A model generated the notes under the pieces. That model ran no database searches, had not been told where the DNA came from, and worked only from the letters and a program-made list of their open reading frames with translations. The position numbers were made by a program, and so were the translations under genes. DNA of 64,000 bases, taken from contig OX597836.1 of NCBI GenBank assembly GCA_951406725.2, positions 7,936,001 through 8,000,000 on the forward strand, written 5' to 3'. The DNA comes from Octopus vulgaris (lineage: Eukaryota). Positions 13,157 through 27,688 of this stretch are shown here, piece by piece. Numbering within the stretch: position 1 is the stretch's first letter; every line of letters starts with the position of its first letter.

Positions 13157-16100
13157 GAAAAGAGAGAGAGAGAGGATAAAACTGAGAAAGAAGTGTTATT
13201 CTTCATCAAGACTTGTGTAATAAAGACCACTTGCTGGGATAGAGAATTGTGTATAGTGATGTATAGTATAATATTTTATAAACATCGAGAGCAGGGATCA
13301 ACTGATTCATAAGTCGGCACTCCACACACCTAATTCTAGCTCCAAAACTGCAAATTCACAATCCCCCCAACATTGGTATCATAGCTAGTAGTTCATACAT
13401 CAAATTTTAGTTCTATAACTGCCAGCCTACACCCTGCATGACAAGAAGCTCGTTTCCCAACCACATAGCTTCGGGCTCACTCCAACTGCATAGTACTTTG
13501 GGCAAGTCTTCTACTGTAATCCCTGAACCAACCAAAGTTTGTAATGGATTTGGTAGACAGAAACTAAAGTCTGTCGTGTGTGTGTGTGTGCAAATGTCAC
13601 TGTCTCCTTGTCTTGATATTACATGATAAATTGTAAACAAGTGTCACTCTCATGCAAGTGGTGTCCTTTGCTTCCAATCTTCCATGAAAACATGTCTGGC
13701 CGGCCACAGGGAAATATTATTTTATTTGAAAAAAGGTGAAGGTTGCTGACAATGAAGGCATTTAGCCATATAAAATCCATCTTGACAATTTCTACTAGAC
13801 CCATGCAAGCATGGAAAAGTGGACATTAAAATGACAATGACAATGTAAGGTGGATGGTGTTAGGAAGGGCATCCAACGGCAAAAACCCTGCCAAAACAGA
13901 CAGTGAAGCCTGGTGCAGTCTTCTGCCCAGCCAGCCCCCGTCATACCATCCAACTCATGCTAGGATGGAAAATGGATGTTAAATGAGGATTACAATAATC
14001 CACACTTTCTTAACAGCAGCTCAATATCTGATAGACACCCCTTGCTCATCATGGTTTTAATATCCAGTTTTCCATTTCCATGCTTCCATGGGTTGGACAG
14101 TTTAACAAGGCAGATTTTTTTCACTCAGATCTCCTTTCTATCACCAACCTTTCACTTTTGTTCTAAGTGAGGTAATATTTCCTCATGGTTGGGCATGTTT
14201 TTGCAAAATATAGGAACTGAATGACACTGCTTATACAACAGTGACACTTATTTATGACAATCACACTATGTCAAGAGAAAGAGACACAAACATATACACA
14301 CTCCTACATACATATGATCAGCCTCTTTTAGTTTCCTTCTACCAAATCTACTCACAAGGGTTTGGTTGGCCCAGGGCTATAGAAGAAAACATTTGCCCAA
14401 AGTGTTATGCAGTGGGACTGAACATGAAACCAAGTGATTGGGAAGCAAACTTCTTAACCACACAGCCATGCAATATATTAATGGCCTTATACTCCACAGT
14501 CAGCTGAAAGACTAAGACAACAGCAATGGAATCGTAATACAGAATAGCATTTGGTGTTATTCTGTCTTTTGCTTAGAAACTCATCAAATCCTAATTTATT
14601 CATCACTTATTTTCTCAAATCAAATTTGTTAATTAAACAGGAAGGTAATAAAACTAACTACTTAGTTATGAAGAAAGCTGAGGAAAAATATATGTAACCT
14701 CCATTGTATAAATACATACATGGAAAATTTAAACCATTTCTCTATAAACTGAAAAAATGATGAACAGCCTTAATCAAATTTTCGAACCGTATTAACTTCT
14801 CATCAGAGGTGCCTACATTATTTTGACCCATCCCAGATAAGCTACCTTTTCTGACGAGTTGCAGTACATGTGAGCATTCTACAATGACTTCATTATTATT
14901 ACTACATAGTTTTAGCTTTGGCCCATGTATAAGTTGTAACCCAGTTTATTCAGCTAAAATGAAATATAAAATCAGGTGACTTGTACATGAGCAAAATATA
15001 ATGTGTCTGGCCTGTATTACTTTACCTTTTCCATACTGAATTGACAACCCTGCTTTGAGTAAAACTGTAATTTTGTTAATATTTATCTTTGGATTAAATC
15101 AAGGAGCAAGCAGAGTGGGAAAGGCATGCAAAAAAGAAAAAAAAAAATTACAAGAGGAATTAGTCCGAGTAAAAAACAATCTCACTTGATGGAAGAATGA
15201 AAGCACAAAGATGATTATGTAATTTTTCACTGGCGGTATGATTTGGTGGTTGGAAACCAAATATCAATTAAAATGAAAAATAAAAAAAAAATTTTTAAAT
15301 TCATTTAACAAAACTGAAGTTCTTTTGTTAGTAATCCGAAGCCATCAGTTTTGACAGGCAGAAAGGGTCACCAAAGCTAAAATATAAAATACCAAAGTGC
15401 TGGAGGAAAAAGAGAAACAAAACACCTCATTTGTTATGACCATATATGGACATAACAAATATAGGAGTTCATTTGATAAAATCTTATTGGTGGGTGTGGT
15501 TTATATATGTTTTTTTTTTAATTCATAACTCTATGTAAAGTTGAAATTAGAAAAGTCTTAACCAGTCATTTTGTACATCCTAATTGGAAACTTTTGCAAC
15601 TCATAGAATTACGGAAAGAAAAGAGAAAAATATATCAACAAAAATTAGAAAATCTTGCTTTGATGTTTTCTGAGAGCTAAAGAAAAGTTTGTTTAGTTAT
15701 AAAAAAATACAGGTGATCAAAATGGAGTGAAACTAGTAGTCCTGGTGTAGCCATGCAAGAGAGATAAAACAGTTTATAAATCATTTCTGGAACAGCTGAA
15801 AAGAAAAAGCTAGATTATGGACTCACAATAATAATCCTTTCTGCTATAGGCACAAAGCCTGAAATTTGTGGGGAGGGGAATAGTTGATTACATCTACCCC
15901 AGTACATAACTGGTACTTATTTCATCAACCCCAAAAGGACAAAAGGCAAAGTTGACCTCAGTAGAATTTGAACATGAAGATGGATGAGATACTGCTAAGC
16001 ATTTCACCCGGCAGGCTAACATGTCTGGAAGCTCATTGCCTTTGATTCACAATAATAATAATAATAATTACCATTGTTTTAATGTCTACTTTTTCGTGCT

Positions 16101-19100
16101 TCGATGGGTCAGACACAAGTACATTGAACCATACATCTATCATCGTTTTTATACCTCTTCCCCCTCATGCTGGTATGGATTGGACAAAACTAATTGAGGC
16201 AGAATTCTATGATCGGATGTATTTCCTGTCACCAACCATTCTTATGACTTCAACTGAGATACTTTTTGTTCCTCTGGTCTGCACACAGAACTGCTGAACT
16301 ACACAACAAATTGTTCATGGCAGACATAAAGCAAATGCATCATTGCTGAAATGGCACCAATGAGAAAATACATAGAAGCAGACAGGCACACAACATGTGG
16401 GGTGATGACTTGCACCGACAAGAATTCCTTGTTCTTGGGGTTGGGTCCAGTCCTTGACCCCCTATCATAAGGGGTGGTTCAGATGTTTTTCTAACCCACT
16501 TGAGCCAGGAAAGCACTTCCTGATACCTTAAATGTGATGCACATCTGTCTTGGGGCACCATAAGATCTGTTATTGCTTTGTTTCATGTGGCTTCCTCTGC
16601 CAACTGTCCTCCTTAGAAGCATTGAAGTTGCTCACTGACTGACCCAGATCTGGTGGCATGCCAACGCCGACTCCTGCAGGCTAACAATGGGGACCAGATG
16701 CTGGACACGGTTGCAGCACCAAACACGAAGGAAAATAGTAGGCAGCAGCAAATGACATGCCCAGCCTGTGTGCAAAGCTGCTAATTAAGCACTAACCAAG
16801 CATTGCTAGTAAGGCTTCCAAACAGTTTTTATTCACCAAGTTGCAATTACAAGGCGTTGGTCAGTCAAAGGCTATAAAAGATATCCTGCATGTCAACATC
16901 CAGAGGCCAACAAAGGGAGCATCCAAGTGGTCACCTATATGTGCACACATCTGAAGGCAAAGCATCTTCCCTGATGCCACAATAATATATACCCAGTTCC
17001 CTCTATATAAAGTGACAGGCTCTGAAGAAACCATTCTAAAACAATGTAAGGTATAAACAATATGTGGTCTTCAACTCATCCAGATGAGAGGTAAATTGAC
17101 CGAGAGATAACTTGGTCAGTAATGACTCATCTGATCCATGCCAATATAGAAAAATAAATAATAAAATGATATATATAAACAATTTACTAAAATAGTGGTG
17201 TAATAATAGAAAGGCAAGAAATTGCAGCAAATAATAACAGAACAAATACAAAAGAAAAATATACAAATTAGAAGAAAAAATATAAAAAACAATTGTTGTT
17301 TGTATGTTAAGTGGTTGAAAACAAAAGCAGGTCAAAAATAATGGTTCAAATGTTCAATTAAGTTTTGTAATAGACTTTCCATAGATCACCTCTTTCTATG
17401 TTACCAACCTACAATAGGTCACCTATAGCCCTCCTTTTGTTACACCTACTCTACAATGTCAACCTAAAAATAAGCAATCAGATCATCGAAATCTCAAAGC
17501 TATAAGATACTTTGATACTTTGATAGGTTTCGGCCATTATTGTCCCAGGCCATGTCTAGCACATGATTATTTTAAAACAATGTAAATAAATAAGCATTAC
17601 ATTTGATGGAGTAATCTGAATACTGATTGTTTAAAGACAGTCCATAGGAGTCAGGTAGGATGGGGTTACAACAGATCAAACATCTGAGACCCCTCCTAAT
17701 ATCACATAGTCTATCATCCAACACTCTTTTCAAATAACAATAAGCAGAGCCAAGCAGAGAGCCTCAGCATGGTTGTTTGACCTGCAAGAAATAACAGGCA
17801 AATTTCCCTCTGAATCACACCCCATTATTTAAAACCTAAAATGGTAGTAGGTAATGTAGTCCTAGATACATTAAGTAGAAATATAAAAAAAAATATAGGT
17901 TGGTCATGGCTGGAACAGTTTTGATCATAGACCTGTTATACTGGAGATGAGCCCAGGACTAAGCAATTGCAACCATAACCAGTAATACTAACTATTAGAC
18001 ATCAGATAATGTAGTTCTGTATGGTTGAATAAATAAAAGACAGGATGGTCATGGCTGGAACATTTATGATCGTGTTTCTATTGGATCAAGTTCTGACCTG
18101 CAAGTAAAGAAAAACAACAAAGCTACTCACCTCCTTCGTTGGTCCTGGCTATGGCTAGTTTACTAAATGGTCCTTTTTCATTTCCTGAGTGAGAACGGAT
18201 CGAGAACTGGTATTCCGTATATGGTTGTAGTCCCTTAATGACAACAGTTGTCAAATTCCTGGAATAGAGAGAATCACACATATACCCAATGTACCAAATA
18301 CTGTCAACCCAATCCAATATATACTGACCACCCCATTTAAATAGTCCATTAGACAATTCAAAAAGATATTGCAAGCAGCTGAAGAGAGAATTAGTTGAAA
18401 GGTGATCAAGATCTCATTCATTTAAAAATATATATATATATATAAAAAAATCAAAATAAGCAACAAGGATATCCAAGGTAGAGTTTCATGTTACTTCATT
18501 TTATTATCCTTGTTGATTATTTTGATTATAATCATCCCATTTGATTTATATGGATAATACCATACAAAATTCTGGTGCCTTTAACTTAAGTACCATATTC
18601 ATCTGAATCTAAGTTTGCTGAACTTATATATATTGGACTCTTCCATCATTAGATGACATATGAGGGTTCGACAATTTCTTACCGAACAACCACACAGATG
18701 ATTTGTTTATAGTGATCAAACGTTTTGAGTAGACATAAGCTCACTCCCTCCATCAAATCAACATTACCTGTACAGGTGCAACTGGGTGCCACATGTCAGA
18801 TGCTGAAATGATCACAGAGCAATGTAAAATGAAGTACTTTGACCAAGAACACAATGCAATGCCGAGTCTGGGAATTGAACCTACAATCTTGCAATCGTGA
18901 GTGCAGCACCCTAACCACTAAACCATGTACCTTCACGTGTGTGTGTGTGTGTATGTGTTCCTCAATGAAAGAATACAGTCACTAAAAAGATAAACAGGGT
19001 CAGTACTTACAATCCAAAGTGTGCACCGGACAAGATTTGAACTTGAAATAACAAGGGACTAAACTGGACATAGTAAAGCATGTAACATCCTTCTAAAGGT

Positions 19101-22100
19101 ATCAGCTTACTACTGACCATGGTCAAGGTTATAATAGGGTACTATTTATCATCCAACTCACACAAAGAGAAACACCCTAACCTTTCAGAAACAACAATAA
19201 TACCTGGTTGTGTGGTTAAGAAGCCCACTTTGTAACCAAATGATTTCAAGTTCAGTCCTGCAGCATGGCACCTTGGACAAGTGTCTTCAACTATAACCCC
19301 AAGCTGACTCTTGTGAGTAATTTGGTAACTGGAAACTTTGTGGAAGCTACACGTATGCATGCATGTTAGTCTCCTCCACTGCTTGACAACAGTTTGTTAA
19401 TGCACTCATAACTTAACAGTTCAGCTAAAGAGACCCAATAGTGTAAGTATCAGATTAAAAAAAAGTACTGGGGCCAATTTGTTTGTCTAAACCCTTCACA
19501 GTGGTGCCCCAGGATGGCCACAGTCCAATGACTGAAACAAATAATAGATAAATCCAAAGCCCATGTCAGTTAAGATTTGAACTAGAAATTGCAAGACATC
19601 AAAATGGACACAGTAAAACAAGTAGCATTCTTCTAAAAGTGTTAGCTTACCTTAGACAAGGCCATGTTACAGCAATATTTAGCTCCCAATGCAAACACAT
19701 TAACACTCAACCTATGCTGTCGAAAATAAATAAATAAAAATCCAAACCTTTGACTTACGTTTTAAAAGTATTTTCATTGCCGCCATTGGTAGAAGATATC
19801 GGACTCCACCTGACTGTGTAGGTTATGTTGGCACCAGCTGCAGCCAAGACTGGCGGGTCCCACGTAAGGTTTACAGCAAACGGTGAGATAGGCCTGGCAA
19901 TGACCATTTGGGGAGCTTGGGGGACATTGGCCTGGGTGCTGGTCTGGAAGACTCGAGTCATCTGGATTGAGGCTGCTTCTTTGCTTGATGCACTGACAGA
20001 CACTTGGTAATAGGTGTTGTTCTCTGTAACAGAAGAGGTGGAGGACACATTTGAATTTGAAGTTTTGTGGAGGAAGGTGCTGCAGAGGTAGACCCAACAG
20101 ACCCTATTAGGGTATGGTGAAATGGCTGCATACATTGTAGTGTGTGTGAATGTGTGTGTATACACACACAGAATGAATGGATACATAAAAGTGGATAAAG
20201 AAAATAAAGCGCAAATGAAAAGAAGACATACAATAGGAGATGCATATTAACTTAATAACATTGAGTTGAGTAAAACTTAATAACCTTTAGCATGCTGAAG
20301 GTGAATCATGGCACCATACAAGTTTTCTCCCCTCCTAATGTGACACAATGTGTCTGCAGCTACAGGGGAGAACACTTGTAAGTCAACATAATGTGCCTAA
20401 GTGTTAAAGGTTAAAATTATCAGGTTAAATTATATCAATGTGTGTAATCAGTGAGAGAGAGCGCATGTGAAGAATAGACAGTTGGATATATAAAACTAGT
20501 GGTGACAGGGTCTCATTCATGTAATATACCAAGTAGAGAAACTGATTATTGCAATGAGAAAACAAAGATATCCTCTATGGAGTGTTTCAAACTTAAAGGA
20601 GGGGGAAATAAGAGATAGCTCTAATTAAAACCAGTTGATCAAGATTTTTGAATACACACAATTGGAGTGAATCTGGTGTTTTAAAATAATACCTATACAT
20701 ATTGATAACAAGAAAACTGGGCAGACAGTCAAACACACACACACACACACACACACTGGTTAACAATTCCAGACATATATTTCTGATGCACATGCACTGT
20801 GCACGCTTGGAAAGTAACACATACAGACAACACACACATTCAAATTTTACAGATTCTTAATGGAAGAAAATGAAAACATTCAATACAGGTTGTATTATAT
20901 ACTTCCACTGAATTCTTCTTCTTCATCGTCTTCTTATGAATTAAGTTTTACCCAACTGCAATCTTTCAGGTGAGTGATTTGTCAGAATTTCAAGCTCGTT
21001 AAGGAATGGCTTTTAGGTATGACTGTTAATTTAACTGATTAGCTTCTCATTGTTATTATCATGTCTTTTTATTTGTTGTTGTGATGTTACCTTTCATTGG
21101 CCAATTCATTGATTGGTATGACCCTATCAGTTAATTTTATAAATATAGGTACAGGCATGGCTGTGTGCTAAGAAACCTACTTCAGAACCACACTGCTTCA
21201 GGTTCAGTTCCACTGCGTGGCACCTCAGACAAGTGTCTCCTGCAATGGCTCTAAGCCAGCCAAAGCTTTGTCAGTGGATCCGGTAGGAAGCCACAGTCAT
21301 GCAAGCAATGTCTACTTCCAGCGTCCCATGGAAGCAAGTCCTTGATGGGAAACAAGTGAGAGTTGGTAACAGAAAGGGCATCTGGGCCTAGAAAATCTGC
21401 TTGAATAAATTCCATATGACAAATGCCAGCAAAGTGAATATTGAAACAATAATGGTGATGGTGTTGAGTATGGTGTGTGTGTGAATGAAGATATTAGTGT
21501 AAAGAGGTGCATGTAAGAGTGTAAAAACTGAGGAAGAAAACGCTAGAACTGAGAAAGAGAGAGGGGGGGGTAGGTGCAATGAAAAATAAGGACAATTTTA
21601 TACAAAGATAAAACAAAAGAATAATAACTTCAGAACAAAAGCAAATCACAAATAAATAAATAAAAAAAAGACAAAATAAGATAAACAAATAAAACAAAAG
21701 CTTATTTTTAACAAAACCAAACTGTAACATCACAGGTTCAAATCCTTGTATCGACACAGGTAGAATCTTAGATACATCATCACAGGTATAATCTTAGATA
21801 CAAGTTACAATATACCTAAACAAAGTAAATGACTTGATTGACTAGCTAGAAGCAGCAGCCAAATCTCCCTGAAACCATGCCTTGTTTTGATAAATAGGCT
21901 ACATTTAGTTTTGGTGGGGGAAAACAAGATGGTGTCTTCACTGCTGGAAATCCTGTGACCTAGGGTCAAACATTGATCTATAAATGAAAACAGGTAAATT
22001 TTTACCTTCTTGACTTGCTAAAAATAAGACAGGTACAGGAAGAACTACAATTATTGCATTCTGACCAAGTCCACCTTGAACACCTTTGCTGTGTTCACCA

Positions 22101-22913
22101 GAGCCAACAGATAAGGCAACAAGGGAACCTCTATGCGGTCAGGAAAAAACAAAAATGAAACCAAGTCTCCCTCAAATCAAAATATCTATTAAAAAAAATT
22201 AAAATTTTTAAAAAATAAAACATTGGACAATGTCGTTCTAGTTGCACTTAGTCTGACTGACAAGACAGTGATGACCAGAACATCGTTGATAATAGCTGGA
22301 TCAGGAGTGAGCTGGGACAAAACAAAAATAACAGACAATAATTGTACACCAACATAACAGAGAGATAGCACACAAGTTTACAGTTATATATAAGTCTTCT
22401 TACCCCCTGGGGTAGTTTTGTGAACAGTTACTATTCACATGTGATTCTATTTTAGTATTTATTAAACTCTCGTAGTGTCAGTTTTATTAATTAGCCAAAA
22501 GGTGAATTTTATTTGTATTCCATGATTCATTTTTGCTAATCAACCAGATTGCTGGTTAACGTGTCAATCTTGTAGTTTGGGCTTATTAGATAACCCAATG
22601 GTTAGTATATTAGTTAAGCTCATAAATTAACCCAAATTTATAAATTAGTCCTGTAGTTCATTTATAAATTAGCCTCATGGATCAGATCTTATTAGTTAGC
22701 TCTGAAGTTCCAAAATTTAGACTGACCAATCATCTTTGAGACAGTAACACTACCAACAGCAGCAGTTGCAGTCATATAACAACTTCTTCCTGGAGACTTG
22801 TGTACATAGCAACATCAAAACCCGTTTCAGGTTTAAGCATGTAACGTATATAAATTTGAAACCAGTTTGTTTATTTGTTTGTACATCTATGTATGTGTGT
22901 GTGTGTGCACATG

Positions 22914-22945
<32 letters not shown>

Positions 22946-25900
22946 GGGGAGGTGACAAGCATAGTTCACTATTATAGAAGGACATATAATCTGATACCCA
23001 GTTAAACCTCTTGCATATCCTTAATGGGTTCCACCCTGTTATAAACATTCAGTCTGGGTTTCCTGTCTGAAACTTTCACCCACCAGTCACATAAATCCTG
23101 GAAAATGTTATGAGCAGGGCCCTTTCCTCTCTTAACCATAAAAAAAAAAAGAAACACCAGGAAGTCGATGTGGTCGCAAGACATGCTAGAGTAGCAGTTA
23201 ACTCTCCTTCCAATTGCAATCCTACAACATTTAAGGGGGGAAAAAAACATTGGATAAAGTACTCTGGAATACACTATTGATGAGGAGGTAAAAAAAAAAG
23301 GTGATGGTCATAACTGGTGTGTCATATCGGCAGCAGGGTGATCTTCATGATGGACTTGGTTTATAGCTGGAGCTGTTTTGAAAAAACTCCACAAATTAGC
23401 CTTCCTCAGACACTAAATGAAATGCATTGCTCTTTACACATCTTGGACAGGTCAAATTGATGACATTAATTAATAAGCCTGTAGAGCCTTGTCTTGAACT
23501 ACTAATACTAGATCTTGCTCACTGTAGCATTGCATAAGAGACCAGCTAAAAAGTAATATTCCAGGTCAATCCAATCAACTTTTGTCAACACCAAAGGTTT
23601 CCCTAGGAACATGGTTGCTCTTAACCACCACTAGTCCTCTATAAAATGCCAATATAGAAGTTCCATTTATTGCTTTGCAGAAATATAGAGGGCTGTGGGA
23701 ACATCATAACACCCTAGATATCAAGTGACATATCTTGAGCCCTGCTTGATCCAAGACTGTTGCTTCAACAAGGCAATGAGCTGTGAAGACATATTTGATA
23801 AAAAGTGACCACATCAGCTTACTATCTGAGATTCTTTGTAGATGTTGCTATGACAGCATGTCTGTGAATGGGACCTCAACAGCAACAACATGATATATCA
23901 ATATTTTCTTGTGATGCCACATTTAGTATTGCAATAGTTTACTATAAAGCCATATATGTAGTGTGGATAGGTGGATAGGTGTTGGGCATGGCTGTGTGGT
24001 TAAGAAGCTTGCTTTGCAACCACGTGTTTCTGGATCCAGCCCCACTGCATGGTACCATGGGCAAGAGTCCTTTACTACAGCCCTGAGCCAACCAATGCTT
24101 CAACAAAGCCTGTCATATAAACATACACACACACACACACAGTGTGTGTGTCTTCCACACATACTGCTTAACAACCAATGTCGGTTTGTTCACACCTCTG
24201 CAATCTCATGGTTTGGCAAAAAAGACAGAATGAGTAACACACTAAAAAAAAAAAATAAATAAATAAATAAAAAAGGTACTGGATTTGTTTGTCTAAGCAG
24301 TGTCCCAGAATGACTGAAGCAAATCGAAGATAAAGTTGTCAGTATGTGTGTGCACACCATACTACACTCAATTTCATAAGTAAATGGATAGCGAGAGAAA
24401 GATTTAGCTTAATACTTTTAAACTAGTCCATAATTTCAGAAACAGTAATTATGCAATCATTACCGCCATCTGAGCAAAAGTGGGGGTACTGTTTTCAGTC
24501 ATGTTTGTTTGTTTGTCCATGGACAAAATATCTCAAGAACTGCTGGACGGATTCAGATGAAACTTTCAGGGATGTTTGGCCTCATGACTGGCATGAATTA
24601 AGTTTTGGGATCAATCTGGTACCGGACAAGGATTCTGGATTATTTTCTTTGTTTGTTTTTACTTAATTTTTAGTATTCTCATTTGTGAGAGCAGTTGAGT
24701 TTATTTCAGATATTCTCATTTTAAAAATCATCTCCAGCTAATCGTTGAGAGGACATTGGTGTTGCCTTGGTGGAGGTTTGAGCTCTCTGAGTGCTCTTAT
24801 TAATATTTTATTTTGTTAAAAAAATAAATATTTTGATAGGCAGTATGATGCTGGTAAGAACAGCTGATATAAATTTGTGATATGTCATATCGTTGGTAGA
24901 ACATTTATGTAAGGGAACAATATAACAGGTCATATTGGTGGCATATCATCTAGTATGAGGGAATGTGACAGCTCATAATCCAAGTGGTCCAACTGACCAC
25001 AAATGTGTGTGTGTGTTTCTGAGAGAGGTGGGGAGAAGACATGCGCACAAGGGAGACAACTTTTTCAACTATGTCTACTAAATAAAAATTGAAATATACT
25101 GACAAGCCAGGCATTAACAAACTTCTAATAAATCACTGGTGATTTCATGCAATTTATGAAAATGACTGCCATGAAGGAAATTTCTAAAATAAAATTAAGT
25201 AGGTTGAAAAAATTTACTTGAAGGAAAAATAACAATTCCTTCATTCTTGAAATATCTAAAGAAATCTGATGAATATCTTTATCAAAATAAATGACGAACA
25301 ATAAAAATTCAGTCATATTGATATAGTTGGAATATTTAACACTTTCCATACCAACCAACCTGAAACTATAATACAAACCTGTTTCTAAAGTAACCTAAAT
25401 AAAAATCTTCCATCGAAATCTCAGGTTAATTTATGATACAAACACCCAGTTTAACGACGAAAGTTATTTGAGCAAATTTTTCATTGTTTTGAAGATTAAT
25501 TGAAACAAAGTAGGTATATTTCAACAGAATATGGTAACGAAAGGGTTATTATGAAATACATGTTTGGAGAATACTAGTTATGGCACCAAAATTTTGGCTG
25601 GAAATTAGTGAGTTTTTAGCCTTGAATTACCCACACTCTTCCAGGTTCAGTTCACTAATAATCAAGTACCCTTAACCCTTTAGTGTTTGCATTATTCTGC
25701 CAAAATTAATCCTTTTTAATCCACATCGTTTTGAACTAATCAGGCATTATCTTGGTGCTATGAGATTTTGATGAGGTAGCTGTTAATTTTTAAAACGATA
25801 TTGTAGGGTTGGTCTGAGAGACCAGATCTGGCCAGTTTGAACATAAAACAGGCAGAATACTTTTGGCCGGATATGGCCAGTTTAAATGCTCAAAATCATT

Positions 25901-26325
25901 TCAGGAGTTTAATGAACTTCCCCTGCCATAGGTCAGTATTGACACATTTTGCTGACACCCACTCCCTTGTAAAATAATTCAGTGAACACTTAAGGCAGTG
26001 TTTTCTTAATTTTTGACCACCTTGAAGGGAAGAATACAAAAACAGATTTAACAGGGGATGGTGGGGGGGGGCAGTTGGACTACAACAGAGACTTAAAAAG
26101 ACAATGGGCTGGGAGGCGGGGGGAAGATACAACACAGACTTAAGAAATAAAACTATAAACAAAAAGAAAACGGTCAAAAGCCAAAATAGTGAAGCCAAAA
26201 GTTCATTCCAGAAAAGTGGAATTAAGCTAAAACCAAAACAAAACAATCCCAACGACAACAACAACAACAGCAGCTAAATTGCAATGGTAGGGGAAGATGA
26301 CTGTGGTGAGTATAGATGGGTATTT

Positions 26326-26358
<33 letters not shown>

Positions 26359-26561
26359 CAGCAGCATTGTTAGTATATTCCATGAAGGATAGTAGTTGCT
26401 GCTGTTGTTGTTGCTGTTAATAATATTGTAGCGAATAGTTTCAGTTAGAGGAAAATATAAATAAAAGACAGAGATAGAGAGAAAAAAAGAGTGAACATGA
26501 AAAAAAAGGGTATGTAAAAGTGCAAAACATAATAGATATATATGTATACACGCACACAAAA

Positions 26562-26594
<33 letters not shown>

Positions 26595-26630
26595 GAAACA
26601 TCTATATATATGCATACATACATACATATA

Positions 26631-26701
<71 letters not shown>

Positions 26702-26807
26702 CACACACATATATATATATACACACATACATATATACATACACAAACATACATATATACATACACAAACATATATATATATACACAAACATATATATAT
26801 ATACACA

Positions 26808-26875
<68 letters not shown>

Positions 26876-27639
26876 TTCATAGAGAGCAGGGGAGAGAAAC
26901 AAATGAATGTAACAGAGCAAGAGTAAAATAGTGGAATAGTTATATCTTAAAAACTGTAATAAAAATAAGTATAGCAATGATCATTAAAAAGTTTTTAAAT
27001 GTTTAAAAGTTCTTACAATTGTTTCGTGAATATACTTTCTCTTAAAATGAAGTCTAAAATTGATAATCATCGTTGGCGAGTATATCCACTCATCAGAGAA
27101 TCAAGTCGAAAGGATGAAATTCGGTGGAGGAAATCGAACGAGGTAAATGATTTTAAAATTATTGGTATTCATATATCTATGTTGCTATAAATTTTAGAGT
27201 TTTAGCTCAAATTTATACAACTTTTTAAACATTTTCCTCATTTGATTTAAACAGCATTTTCTTCATTCCATTTCCTCCACCGAAATTCATCTTTCAACTA
27301 GATTCTCTGATGAGTGGATATACTCCCCAACGATGCTTATCACCTATAGGCTTCATTTTAAGAGAAAGTATATTTATGAAACAATCGTAAGAGCTTTTAA
27401 ACGTTTAAAAAATTTTTAATAATCATAGCTGTACTTTCTTTATTTATCAATACAATATTGCTAATATTACATACACATCTTTATTATGATTTTTTAAGAT
27501 ATAACTATTCCATTATTTTACTCACTAATATATAATCGGTCTCATGAATCTCTAAATATCTTTTCAGATCTTAGATATATTTCATACTAGAGCACTTGAC
27601 ATCTAGTATACCTTGTTTTCGAAGGACATATTTAATTAA

Positions 27640-27688
<49 letters not shown>

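Noticed and set aside
15186-15229. 44-nt AG...GT segment with donor gtgaga
   Set aside because: Not a multiple of three and the acceptor is weak
20024-20103. Upstream acceptors extending the 19759 exon (ORF continues to 20186)
   Set aside because: Acceptors at 20103 and ~20080 are phase 2, but the upstream exon ends in phase 1; only 20023 gives the FN3 motif LENNTYY
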